DNA of 64,000 bases, from contig CM041465.1 of NCBI GenBank assembly GCA_023213395.1, positions 149,179,741 to 149,243,740 of the forward strand, in the 5' to 3' direction. Below are positions 28,028 through 41,054 of this stretch, in pieces; position 1 is the first letter of the stretch, and each line of letters begins with the position of its first letter. This stretch comes from Cycas panzhihuaensis (taxonomy: Eukaryota; Plantae; Cycadophyta). The translations under genes and the position numbers were made by a program. Below the pieces are notes generated by a model that saw nothing but the letters and a program-made list of their open reading frames with translations, searched no databases and was not told where the DNA came from.

Positions 28028-29707
28028 GTTTTGGAGAATTCTCATGGGGGTGAGAAAGATGCTCGTGGATGGAGCTTAGTGGAGTATGGGGAATGGTGAG
28101 AAAATTAAAACCTGGGAGGATGCTTGGTGTGGAAGGCCACCACTGAAGGAGAGATCATCCATAAGTGCTCTCCAGAATATCTATGAGAGTTATTATGGGA
28201 GGAAGGTTAAAGACTATTAGGTAACTCATGGAGAGGTAAAGGTCTGGAGAAATTTTAAGGAACTCCCCTATGAAGCAGTGGGAAGGGATCAAATTGTTGT
28301 GTTAAAATCTGAGTTCACAAAAAAACATATCCCAAAATTTCCCAAGGATTATGTGTTGGTCTGGCCTAGCGCCCATTCAAGGGACTATACAGTGAAGACG
28401 GGTTATATGGAACTACTTTCAGATAGGGGCCTCAGTAAGAATAAAGTGCTTGGTGAAGTCTGTAACTTGGGATTAATCCCCAAGATAGTTATCTTTTAGT
28501 GGTTGTGCCTTAGAAATAAAATATTAATAACTAATAATCTGAAGAAAAGAGGCTTCACCTTAGTGAGTAGATGCATTTTGTACAGGGAGGAGGAGGAGTC
28601 TTAGGATCATATTATGCTCTATTGCAAATACTCCAGGGAGTTATGGAAGTTGTTGTTGTCTGCTCTTGGGGTTTATTAGGACCTCCCTAGCTCAATGTGG
28701 GAATTTGCCTCCTCTTGGGCATGCCCTTTTAGGTGTAGGGCTCTGAAGTTAGTCTAGTCTAAATCTGTTCTAGTGATAATGTAGAATATATGGAAAGAAA
28801 GAAATAAAAGAATCTTTCAAGATAAGCATATGGATGAGACTAAGCTCTTTGGGATAATTTTGGTGGTTGTTAAAGAGACCCTGAAGGAAGAAGAGAAAAC
28901 CCAGATTAACCCTGAGGATAGAAAAACTTTAGAAAAATGGGGGTTAAGAGTAAAGGTTAAACTAAAAATAATAAGGAGGTGTAAGTGGATACCCCCACCC
29001 GCTGGTTGGTTGAAAATAAATTTTGACAGAGCTGCTAAAGGAAATCATGAAGAAGTAAGGGGAGGGGGGGAGGGGGGGGATGAGGTGGGGGAGCGGTGTG
29101 TAGGAATTCAAAGGGAAAGGTAATTTGGGCCTTTGTGGACTATTATGGCTTTCAATCCAACCATCATGATGAGATGGAAGCTATGTGAAAAGCTATGGAT
29201 ATGATATCTCAAGAGAGCCATGATAGGATTATTCTCGAAGGGGACTCGCTGAAAATAATTAAACTAATTAAGGGGGAGGATAACCTAGATTAGAGGTATA
29301 GAAATAGAATAAATTATGTCAAGGAGATCCTCAAGAGGAGAGTTGAAGTCTAGATGACTCACACTTATAGAGAAGGGAATGGGATTACTAACGGGCTGGC
29401 AAATTGGGGGGTCCAAGCTAAAAGATATGAGTTTTGGAAAGATAAGATTCTTGAGGAGATTCTGGCTCTGGTTGGGAAGGATAGAGAGGGTTGACTTCAG
29501 ATAGGGGTTAGGCCTGTATATATTGGGGCACTTTAGCTATCCATTGGGCTTGTCGATGGCATGAGAGGGCTTGTAGGTGTAGTATGATGGGTTAAAGTTA
29601 GGCCGTAGGCTTGCCACAGTAGTGTTATAGGGCTAGTATGGCAGCGGATATAAGGGGTTGGGTCCCCATCAAAACCCCTCTCAATTAAACCTTATATATA
29701 TAAAAAA
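28028..29707 (+). mobile_element. 5'-truncated L1 LINE (zf-RVT and RNase H end of ORF2) inserted in Tat pol
   Basis: 13 bp TSD AGAAATTGACCAA at 28015-28027 and 29708-29720, an A-tail, and the motif KWIPPPAGWLKINFDRAAKGN. Collinear with 50910-52491. Confidence 0.93.
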
Positions 29708-31599
29708 AGAAATTGACCAAATTTTTAAATTGATCCTTCTACTAATCCAAACTGCATGGATCTTTAATTATCTTTAGATAGTCCTCAACAATAAGTTTAT
29801 AAAGGCCTTGTCCTTTTACTAAGTATACTAGTTTAACATCTAAGTTAAGTTTTTGGATTTTGGTTAACCACTTAGCCCATTTGCTTCAGAGGTCAATTTA
29901 ATTTAGTATTGTCTTGACTAGAGCTAAAGGAATATATGCAATAGTATGTTTGTGTATGATATAAGGCTTGAAATCCTTAATTACCTTTACTAGGATGAAT
30001 GCTTACTTTTCAACCATGGAATATCATAACTAATATTATTTAAGTGTCCTACTAAGAAACACAATTAGCCTCTTTTTCTTATCATTACTAATTTGCATCA
30101 ACATCAATATATAGGCTTCTTCTAAAGCATATGAGAAAATGATAAAATCTTTAGTGAAATTTGGGCTAGTTAGGATTGTAGTATGGGCAATTCATTATTT
30201 GATCTACTTCAAAGTGATTTTATCCTCCTTTTTCTAGTGGAAGTTTATCTTGGACTTTAGAAATTGGTTTATAAGAAGATTGATCCTAGAAAAAACAAAG
30301 GTGAACCTCCTCAAAAAAAAAATTTGCCAAAGAAAGATAAGATTACCCTTCCGTTGGATAAGAGTAGGAGTTCTTTAATTACCTTAATATATTATGGATT
30401 AATAAAAGTCCCTTGTCTTAAAATAATGTGGCTAAGTAACTTTCCCTTAGTTACTTTGAACACAATCTTCTTGTAGTTAATGGAGATCCTAAGCTCTCTA
30501 TATCTTTACAATATTCTTTTGAGATGATTAAAATGATCTTCTTTCCTTTTCAAGTAGATGGTCATATCATCAATATAGATAATAATGATTACACTAATCA
30601 TGTCTTTAAAGGAATGACCCATACTATCTAAAATGTGGACCATACATTGATTATCCAAAAAGGCATCATCTTATAAGCAATTGTTCTCTAAAGAGTGGTA
30701 AACATAGTTTTAGGTTACTTAACTTTAGAGTCTAGTATTTGATTATATCTAGAGAAACAATCCAATAAGGACATCATCCTAAAACCATTCATAGCCTATA
30801 AAATCTATTCCATGTGTGGCAAGAGATGCTTATCCTTAAGAGATTCTTTATTTAAATTCCTAAACTCAATACAAAGATGAAGGTTACCATTCTTTCTTTT
30901 GGCAAGAACCAAGTTGCCTATCCATTGTGAAAATTTGATAGAAAAAAATACATTAGCATCTAATAGATTTTTAAGTTAATCCCAAATTAAGTCCCTTAGC
31001 TTTGGGTTCTAAGGTCTATATTTATGTCAAATTGACTTTACTCCCAACTTGATTAGAATGGTATGCTATATCACTTATGGGTTGAAAACCTTTAAATCTT
31101 AGTACTCTAGGAAAATTTATTTGTATATCTTCTACACATATTAATGAATTTTTTCTATTCTTCCTAGTACATGCTTCATTGATATAAATTAGTATAGGTT
31201 CATCTTAGGCACCTAAATTAATATGAATACTCTTCTCTAAATCCCATTTTGATATTTTATAATTTGTTGATTTAATCTTTTAAGAGTTATTCACATCAAA
31301 TAGGTACTCTATAATTATCATCTCTTTTGGAATCCTATTTGATTTGGATTGAAAAACACCTTTTTCATCCACATTATTAGACATGTCTACTTCATTTAAG
31401 GAAGGACTAGATCCCTCAGCATGTTAATCAATGAATTCTTCTTCATTCTATATCAAATTCCTAATTTAGTCACCATCTTAAACACCTACCATTGATTAAC
31501 ATTGTTGGGAATAAAAGAGCTAGAAATAATCTTGATATTCTTATTCTTAGAATAAACTAGATTAATCTCTAGAAGAGAACCTACAACTACTAATAAGTT

Positions 31600-31955
31600 A
31601 GTTAATCAATTGTCTTCTTTAGGAATATGAGAGATAAAGAGTGTCTCAAAATCTTCAATCATCTCAAGAATTTTCTCCTCATAACTTCCTAATATATTAT
31701 ACTTGATTAAACACATAACTTTAATTTGGTTAATAATTAATTTAGAGTAACCAAGAACCTTGAGTGCTCTCATTTTAAGCTCCTTAATCTTGTTCAAGCC
31801 CTAAATCAAGGCCTTTTACTCAACTATATTGTATATATATTGAAATAAAAATTTAAAAGAAAATAAAAAGAATTTATAATTAAGGGACTTTAAAATCATA
31901 TTTTCACTAGCTCCTATCCTAGACTTGACCCCATTTAAATGCATTATCCAAATAT
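31600..31955 (-). pseudogene. Additional archaeal-like RNase H (aRH) domain between protease and RT in Tat D
   Basis: Manual translation WIMHLNGVKSRIGAS..YNIVE*KALI*GL..LKVLGYSKLIINQI..SHIPKEDN is a decayed form of W.M.FDG...NN.AEYEAL..GL...GDS.L...Q...H.PR..N. Confidence 0.88.
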
Positions 31956-34900
31956 CATTAGCACCATAATCTTATAAATAATAAAGTTTTTCTACTATTG
32001 TTGGAAGGCTTTTTAGGAAATTATTCAAAATTATGTAGGTTCTCAAACCCAAGGGCTCAAATATATAATCTAATACATCCTCTCCAAGATGCTTAATATG
32101 CCTCATTTCTCATTCCTCTCTTAGGAGCTAGATTAAATCTTTTCTAATAGGAAATACGTTGTGGGACATGTAGACATTTAGGATAGTACTAGTATATACA
32201 AACCACTACCTATTAGGATCATTCTATAAAAAATATTTACATTGATCACCACTATGTTAATAATAACAATTACCCATGGATGAACATTAATACTTACCAC
32301 CATATCCTTAATGATCCTAATTAAGGTAGTATCATTACCATCAAAACCTTAGATATCCTAAACTAACTTAATACATTCTAAATTCAAAGCTTTCACAATA
32401 ATATAAGACATCAAATTTTGCACTTCTCTAGAATCCATAATGTAATTACATGTAATATATTTATCTTGGATTTTTGGAAAATGATATAATGGCTTAAGGT
32501 TTGATAAGGATGAAGGAGAAGGATAGTTCTCAACCATCTATGTAATCCTCACATGGACTCTTGATGAAGGTGCCTTTAATATTTACTCCTTATTCTTTAG
32601 AAGATTGACCATATTTATACTCCAATAAAGGAGAGTTGGGACATGGGAAAGATTGATATTCTCTTAGTACTTGATTATGTCCTTCATTAGATCATGCTCC
32701 TTAAAAGGTTTATTTGAGAGGAGAATAGGATTATAAGGAATAGTTCAAACTTGAGGATTTGAGAAATTCTTAGGGGTGGCATTTCTTTGAAAGTTACCAA
32801 AATTAAAAGAACCACTAGTAGTTGGCCTTGTAATAACATCATCCTAAGCTCCTTAGCTAGAATCCTATGTAGTTTGAGTGCTTTAGTTAATTTAGGCAAC
32901 CTAAGCTTGAGTGGCAACAACTACTCCTCTATATGCCCATTCAAGATTTTCTTTCTCCACAAAGTTAAGTATGCTTAAATCTAGGTAAGAAGAATGACAA
33001 TATAAAGTCAATGCCTCTAAGATGAATTTATTAGAGTTCCTCATCAACTAAATCATCTTAAAATACATCTACATTATCAATGGGAGGAATTTCTTCTTTT
33101 TGTATTTTTAAGAGTATTACATGAGATTGGTGCTAGACATCCCTACCTTTGATTGTATTTCTCAAGTATGCATTCTTATTTTGTGCCTTCTTATATGTAG
33201 AATATATTTAGGGGTCTATTTGAGGTAATGCAATAAGAGTATAAGAGTATCTTTGGAGGTGTTTCCTCTCCTAGCTCCAAGAGTATAAGTATCCCCTTGA
33301 GAAGAAGCAACCAAGCCATACTAAGTGTTCATTAGTTCAATATCCAAAGCTAATTATTAGGGGCCCTCAAGGCTATTAGGGAACTTATGGACCATCATAA
33401 TTCTAATCTTATTATATAGGCCTTTAATGAAGCATTCCCTATAATAAGACTTTGTTAGCTATTACTCATGGCTAATTCCTTTTAGGAGTCAGAAACCCTT
33501 CTGAACATAATCTTGGACTATCTCGTTAGGTCCTTTCTTAATATCAAAGAGATTATTGACCAATGTGGGAACAATATTTATATAAAAATACTTAGCCTCA
33601 AATATGATCATAAGATCTCCCCAACCATGAATTGGGACATTATGTAATAATTAATAATAGAAGGGAGATTATCCTTCCAATGTATAGACAAAAATATTAA
33701 CAACCACGTAAGAGTTCCATATGTTAAATATATAAGCATTATTAGAAAAGGGCTCAATATGTTGTTCTCTTATAGAAGGTGATTTATCTCCTCTAGATCT
33801 AGGTATCATAGTTAACACCCTATCTAAGACATAATGCAAGGCATCTCCAAGGCCCAATAGACTACTCCATAACTAGGGAGGAGGATCATCACCCCATGGG
33901 TAATAATTCCCACTAGCATCTTAGACCACCATGTCGATGGATGAATCCTAGTTAGACTCACTTTCATAGTAAAAGAAATGATTTCCTTGATTAGATTATG
34001 GAGTCTATTCTTACTTAAATTTATGTTCAAGAATCTAGGTAGGAGGATCCACTAAGGCTCTAGGATTTCTATCAATAAGAGAATGAAGAAGTCCTTCTTC
34101 AACATCCTTGGCCTTATCCTAGTGAGTATATATCTTTCTAGAATCTAGGTTAAAGAAATCAACCTATACCATGCAATTCTAAAAGATTGACAAATAAAGA
34201 ATAAAATAATTAAAAAAATAAAAATAAAAAGTTGGAAATAAGACCTTCCTAATATGGCTACCAAAAGTGTTCACTAGATTTCTTATGCTCCTTCTAGTGG
34301 ATAGGATGAAGTAATAAGGGACTAGTATACAAGGTGTTTTAGTGCTAACGCGCAAAAATCCTAGACAATTATTTAAATGTATAAGGGAAGATATAAAATT
34401 CATATGAACAAGGGTTGCATTTTTTAGTGTTCAATACATGAATGCAAGAACATAATTATCTTAAAACAATTAGATGGTATTCACAGTAAAGAGAATATTA
34501 ATATTTAATATACAAAATATAATCTAATAGAATGAAAGAGAAAGACAGTGTATCTAAAAATCCATTGTAAGATGAACAATATTTCCACTCACTCAACCAA
34601 TTTAATTATTTAGATGAAAACTTATCTCATTGATAAATTCAAAATATACAAATTAAGAGAGTAGTTATAACTAGCCCTCATTATTTGATATATTAAACTT
34701 TACAAAAACTTGAAATAGCAACCTTGTAAGGTCGATAAGAATTGGGCATTTATAAAGGAAGATAAAACAAGCCTAAGAATGGATTTTTTATAAGTCATCG
34801 TTTAGAAGGAGGGGATTATTAGATTAAAAAAAGAATAAAAATAGAAGAATCCAACCAAAAATCCATTGAGCTAAACCCCTATATAGAGTGATCTTTTTAC

Positions 34901-37900
34901 CTTTATATTTGGTTGATGAAGGATGGTTATGTCAACTAGATAACTAACCTAAGTGCCCAAACATTGAGTTTAGCACCTATATCCACCTACTTCATCTTGT
35001 CCATGTCATCTTTGAATTCTTATATAGATTTAAACTTGGTCAACGACATATAGGTTTCTAACTACTTTAGACAAGTTTGTAGATTTCTTATATATAGTCT
35101 AATGAAAATCTCCCAAAGGAGTTAATCATTACTTGTGATTATTTTCTTTACTTTATTGCACATCATTGAGAATTTGCTTAGTTTTAAGGAATGGAGAAAC
35201 AATGTTATCCCAACTAATTATTTCTCAGGATCATTTGAAATAGTTAGAACTTTACTCTAGTTTAGACTTCTTGCTCTATCTTTCTTTGTCTTTACCTTAT
35301 AGTTCTTGATTTTTAACAAGCCTATCAGATATATTAATACTAATGCCATATTCCCTAATTGTTATCTTCCTTTTCTTTTACTCTCTAATAGTGAACTTTT
35401 ACTTCTTTTTCTTTCATTTAGTTTCTTTTAGGATTTTTATTTTGCTTAAAGACATATACATAATGCTAAATATCTCTCTTGTTTATAGAGTTGCCTTTCT
35501 TTGAAGCATAAAGGATTTCATTAGGAAGAAATATTTCAATATATTCTAGTAGTGCCAAAATCTTTTGAGAGTGTGATGATATAAAAAAACAAAAGGATTT
35601 ATTTTCCCCATCAATTATTCCTTTATTATCTTTGTTAAACCAAGTGATACATACCTTAATGATATAGGTAATAGGTATTGCTTTAATTTTGTAGCTTGTT
35701 TAAAGTAGGCCATGGCTTCTTAGTCTCCTCATGGCTAAGCTATCTTCAACATATATAATAGATAGGTACAACTTCAAGTTATCTTAGGTATTAGTGATCA
35801 TTTAGGCTAGAAGATTCTTACTCTTTTATCTTGGACACTTAGTTGGCCTATCAAGAGAGAGGAGAAAGCATAGGTAGAACATAATATTTAAATACATAGA
35901 GTAGTACACTAGGTAAGAACACTCATTTTTTTGATAATCTTATTAATAATACTTAGACATAAATAGAAATTTATTGCATCCTAGAACTCTAGGAATCGCT
36001 AAGACATACCATACATGATAATGGGATGATTGATGGACTAACTTAGATAAGCAAAAAAGAAGAGAAATAGGTGACTTAAATTCACATGCTTGAAGAAACA
36101 AATGAAGGCTTAGTAGGGTAATCAATAAGTTAAGTGCAGGAATTGATGAAAAAATACCTAGAATTAATGAGAATATATCCTACTATGGTGGACCCATACT
36201 GTTAAAACTTTGTAATAGCATCATCATTTCTTTCTATTTTACATAATCTCATGTATATATTGTAATAGTTAGGCAACCCTTAATGTAATTAATATAATTG
36301 TACAATGCAGTCAAGTCTACCTCCTTTTTTGCTTAGTCAACCTATCACATGTCTTAAATTATTGGTGGATAGCCTATAAATTAAGCCCCATACCTTTGTA
36401 TCTTATATTATGTTATGATTAATGCAGAAGGTCTACTTGTAAGAGAGCCATACATGGTGACAAATTCATCTATAACTTCTCCATTTGAGTTGCCTTTGTC
36501 TATTTTGTAGGTTTTATTGTATATTATTATTATTTTGATTGATATTTATGATTAGAGCACATGAATCATTGATCCTAACATAATTTATCATGGTATCAAA
36601 GCCTATTGTGCTTTGATTTTAGTGTCTTTTGAAGTGATTTTGATAAATACAGGCTCATTTTTATAATTTTCTTTAGATTTCCTTCAAAAATTTGTATGTC
36701 TTACATGAATTGATGTGAAGAGTAGTTATTCACAGTAGATACCAACACCATTCAATAGATTATAAGCTAATTTTCTCTCATACGAGGTTTGGCTCTAGTC
36801 TGTTGAAGAAAAATAGAAGATAAAGCTCATTTGTTCACCATTTCAACCCTAGAATGGCTTGTTTCTCTCTACTAGAATATTATCTTTCCTTCTAGTACCC
36901 CTGCACCCTCTTTTTTGTTAGTTAGAAGAGATTTAAATTGATTTCAAGCAGTTTTAAGCCTCTTTCTACCTAGTTCTTCTCTTAATATCCTCTAACCTTC
37001 TGTGGCTCTATTCTTGTCATATAGAGCTTATGTTTTAGAAATCTTACTTTCATTGAGCCTCTTTGGCCCCTAGGCACCTCTATCTATGATCTCACAGTGA
37101 TCTGTAAACATTTTTAGGCATGATTTACATCTACAACCCCACACAGGTCACCTATCCCCGTGCGCGCAATTGTGTGACTTCATGACTCTTATTTCTTTAA
37201 TAAAAAAATTCATATTTTCTCAATGTTAATCACTTTAGATTATTAAATCAAACTCTATTTTATATTTCATTTAAATTATGGTCTCTAGCCCCTCTCTTTG
37301 GGTGTATTAAGTCTCCATATGACTTGCTTTTAGCTTAAAGGGCAAACTTCAAATGTTTATTAGCTAGATTTAATCTTTTTTTACACTTTCAAAAAGATAT
37401 TAAGCTATATTTGATAAGTTTTTAAGTCCATTAGCCCCCTTACTACATCAATGGATGGTCATGTGCATCCAATAAGTGACCAAAGGCCAATTTCAGAAGG
37501 GGCTTAAGCCCATCCTCATTTGATTTTTGATATAAAAAGGTACCTGGACTGTTTTAGCCATATCTCAATAATTGTAAGTCTGATTTGCAAACTATCTAGA
37601 CCATTGAAAAGTAGATTTAGAGATCTATAGTTTAGAGTCTAATTGATTTAGATTTAGAGCTAATTTGATAAAGACATAAGATTCTAAATTTGGCCTTAGT
37701 ACTTAAATTATTTTAGCCTTATTTCTCAAATTTTAAGGGCTTATTTTATTTTCTTTGAAGTTCTTGTGCTAATTTAGGCTATGGCTAATCTTTGTTTAAC
37801 TACTTGATTCTATTTTTTAAGGCTAATAAGTGCATGGGTTGTTTCTTATGTAGGTGTTACTCTTGGAAGGTTGACAAAGTTCTCTGTTGAGCTTGACCCA

Positions 37901-40900
37901 TTAAAGAGCTTTTTAAACCTATCTTTGTCCTTTCAATTTCTTTTATTTTATTCATTGCTTAAAAGGAACCTTGTATTTGAAAAAAACTTATATTAAAAAT
38001 AATTTTGTCATATTAAAAAGATAATTTTTGAATTGAACCTCTAGTTTTTAGCCTTGTAAGGGGAATGGTTAGGACCCTTAAAGTTACCACCCTACATATG
38101 CTATTGGTGTACTCTAATTTATTGAGAAAACCATTAGTTATTAAGTGTATTAGGTGGCAAGCTGAGGTATATACCCTTTCCTTTTAGAGTTTGGAGACCA
38201 AGCTAGACACAGAAGGGGTGAGTACCTTAGTTAGATAAGTTCTTACTATTAGATCTATCATTAAGCATAAGTCTAATGTAGGTGGGCAAACAAATCAGGG
38301 AGGTCTTAAGACCTTCTTTGTAGCCCACGTACTAAGGTATATTGAGCCTTTGAGCTCACATACTAGTATATCGAGTCCCTAATTTGCCACTTGTGAGTAA
38401 GTACCACTAGATAGGATAGTAACTAAGAACTTTCTTGGAGACCCTTAAACCTTAGAATTCTAGATTAGTAGCCACTTAGGTAGATTAGTACCTTATTATA
38501 TAAACCTTTAAAGACATAAAATCAAACACAAAAACTTTGAAACATGGTATCATAAATGCTTCTTTATAATAATATTAAACTCAATGGCATCAATAACTTT
38601 ATACCATAGAAGAAATAAGTTAAAACCTTGCTTATAATTAACAAAGTTTGGGCCTATATTAATGGGGATATACCCCTTCCCATACCTATAAAAGACCCTA
38701 ATGATCCTACCAAAATAATCCCACCAGATCTTATAGCCTTAACAAACTTCAACGCTAAGGACAACATTGCCTTGTCCTTCCTCCACTTGGTTGTTGAAGA
38801 CCAAGTGGACCAAAATATTAAAATTGCTTAAATATCTCATGAGGAATGGAACATACTTTATGCCCTCTATAAGAGAAAAGATGAATCTAAATCTTTAACA
38901 CTTAAAGCCCATCTATTTGTGATACCTTTTTCCAAAAAGATTACCAACCATTTTACTAAAGTCAAAATAATTAGGAACTAGTTGATTATCCTTGGTGACC
39001 CACCTTCTAACCATGATTTAATCTCTAACATTATTAACATCCTACCTATTGAATACAACTCCTTTATCTCAAAGTTACATAACAATTATTCCAAAATAGA
39101 CTTTATAACCTTTGAGGGGTTCTTACTACAAGAGGAGAATATACATAGTCAACTTAGGGTGATATCTATATCTGACTCAACTCCTACCTTTGTAACCTAA
39201 AACTCAAAAAAGGGTAAGATTGTTAATAGAGTAGCCAAACAACTTAGTTAGTAATAAGATCTAGATCAACACTTAGACTCTCTCACCATATCTTAAGAGT
39301 TACATCAATGACCATCTTAGTAGTAATAATAACTAGTTAGCACCTTCTCCTCCTCCTATCTAACTTAATAGCCTCAATATTTCTAGCACCAACCATAGGG
39401 ACAACCTCAAAAGAACTAATAGGGCAAACCAATTATCAGCTACCTCTATTATGATAAAACTAGACATCTAGCTATTGAATTCAAGTGACAATAAGCTTAT
39501 TTGCAACTCTTACAGAACTAAGGAAGCTAATCATATGGGCCATATTATCAATAACCACCCCTTATCTATCAATAAGGAGCACCCTCATACCATCAAGGAG
39601 GTCTTAGTTACTCTCAATAAAGAAAAGGATAATAATAAAGACGACCATGCCCTCTATAAGGAGCCCTTTTTCCACAACAAGGAGGCCCTATTTTACACTA
39701 AGGAGGCCCCTATTATCAATAACATGGTCCTATTCAATTATAAGAAGGCTCTTACTATCTACAAGGAGGGATATTATATTAACCATAAGGCCAATTCTAC
39801 CAACAAAATTAGAATCCTAGACCCACTCAAGGATAAAGACCTCAGAATAAGCAGTGGTTCCCTAATAGAAATCAAAGGAACCGGTAGAATAATTAATAAC
39901 AAGGAGGTAACATGGCAGATAATCAAGACTCCTCCTCTCATAACCTATTCTTTGTAGCACTTTCATCTCAACTTGATGAGACTACTTGGCTCCTTGAATC
40001 TGGTATAATGAGACATATGATAGGTTTATAAAAGATGTTGGAAGAGACCCACCCTATCAATACTCAAACTATCACATTTAGGAATAACTTGACTTATGAT
40101 GTGACTAAAATTAGTGGGGATCTAATAGCATTGAAGGACTTCAACATCATGCACTACATCAATAATGTGTTCCTTATATTTGGTATGAAGATGAACCTAC
40201 TTCTCCTCAACCAAATAGACAAGCAGAATTTAGATGTCCTCTTTAGTTAGGGCCACACGACATGAAGATAGTGGCTTATACAAGATGGATGGTATCCCCA
40301 TTGTCACTACTCCATAAAATGAATCATGTTCAATGGCCAATGTAACTCAACATAATAAGGGGAAGGATATAATTGATGAAGAATCCCTTTACATATATGA
40401 ACCTAGTGAACGCTCTTATTCAAAGGATAATGTCACCTCAAATAGCTATAAATACCACCTATGGCATCAATGCCTAGGTAATTTGAATGCGCAAAGCTTA
40501 AACCTTATGTTCAGGCTCCAAATGGTACATGGTTTACCTAAAATTAAGAGATACAACAATATATATGAGGTCCGCCTAAAGGGAAAGCAAGAAAGAGAAA
40601 ACTTCCCTTCCAAGAATGCATGGAGAGCCTCACAACCATTATAGTTAGTCCACTTATATATTTGTGAGCCCATGCCCATCCAATCACTCAATAGAAGCTA
40701 GTATTTCATATATTCATAATTGACTTCTCAAGAAAAGTGTGGGTCTATTTCTTGAGAAATAAGTATCAAGCCCTAGAAAAATTCAAAGACTTAAAAGCTA
40801 CCATAGAAAATGAAAGTGGAATGACAATTAAGATCCTTGGATCCGATAATGGTGGTGAATATATTTCTAACTAGTTCAACAATTTTTGTAATGAACATGG

Positions 40901-41054
40901 CATTCAACGTTAATTCTCTACTCCCTACATACCTTAATAAAATGACGTAGCTAAAAGGATGAATCAGACATTGATAAATAAAGAGAAAGCCATGCTTAGT
41001 TTTGTTAATGTTGCCACCAGATTTTAGGCTAATGCCATTGCCACAACTGCTTAT

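Larger units (their letters stand above)
26372..33800 (-). pseudogene. Tat D gag-pol remnant
   Basis: Gag WGDL..FEAKYF..LFDIKKGPNE (~33500-33650); protease IMDSREVQNLM (~32400); aRH (31600-31955); RT IIYIDDMTIY (~30550-30590); integrase GLDFISLINPPSSKGHAYIL (~27170-27245), ending in PILSNGQVLKYFY. Confidence 0.9.

Noticed and set aside
38541-38552. aaca-tggtatca looks like an LTR end followed by a PBS
   Set aside because: It aligns with the gag start of H (58887), and there is no matching LTR or TSD.
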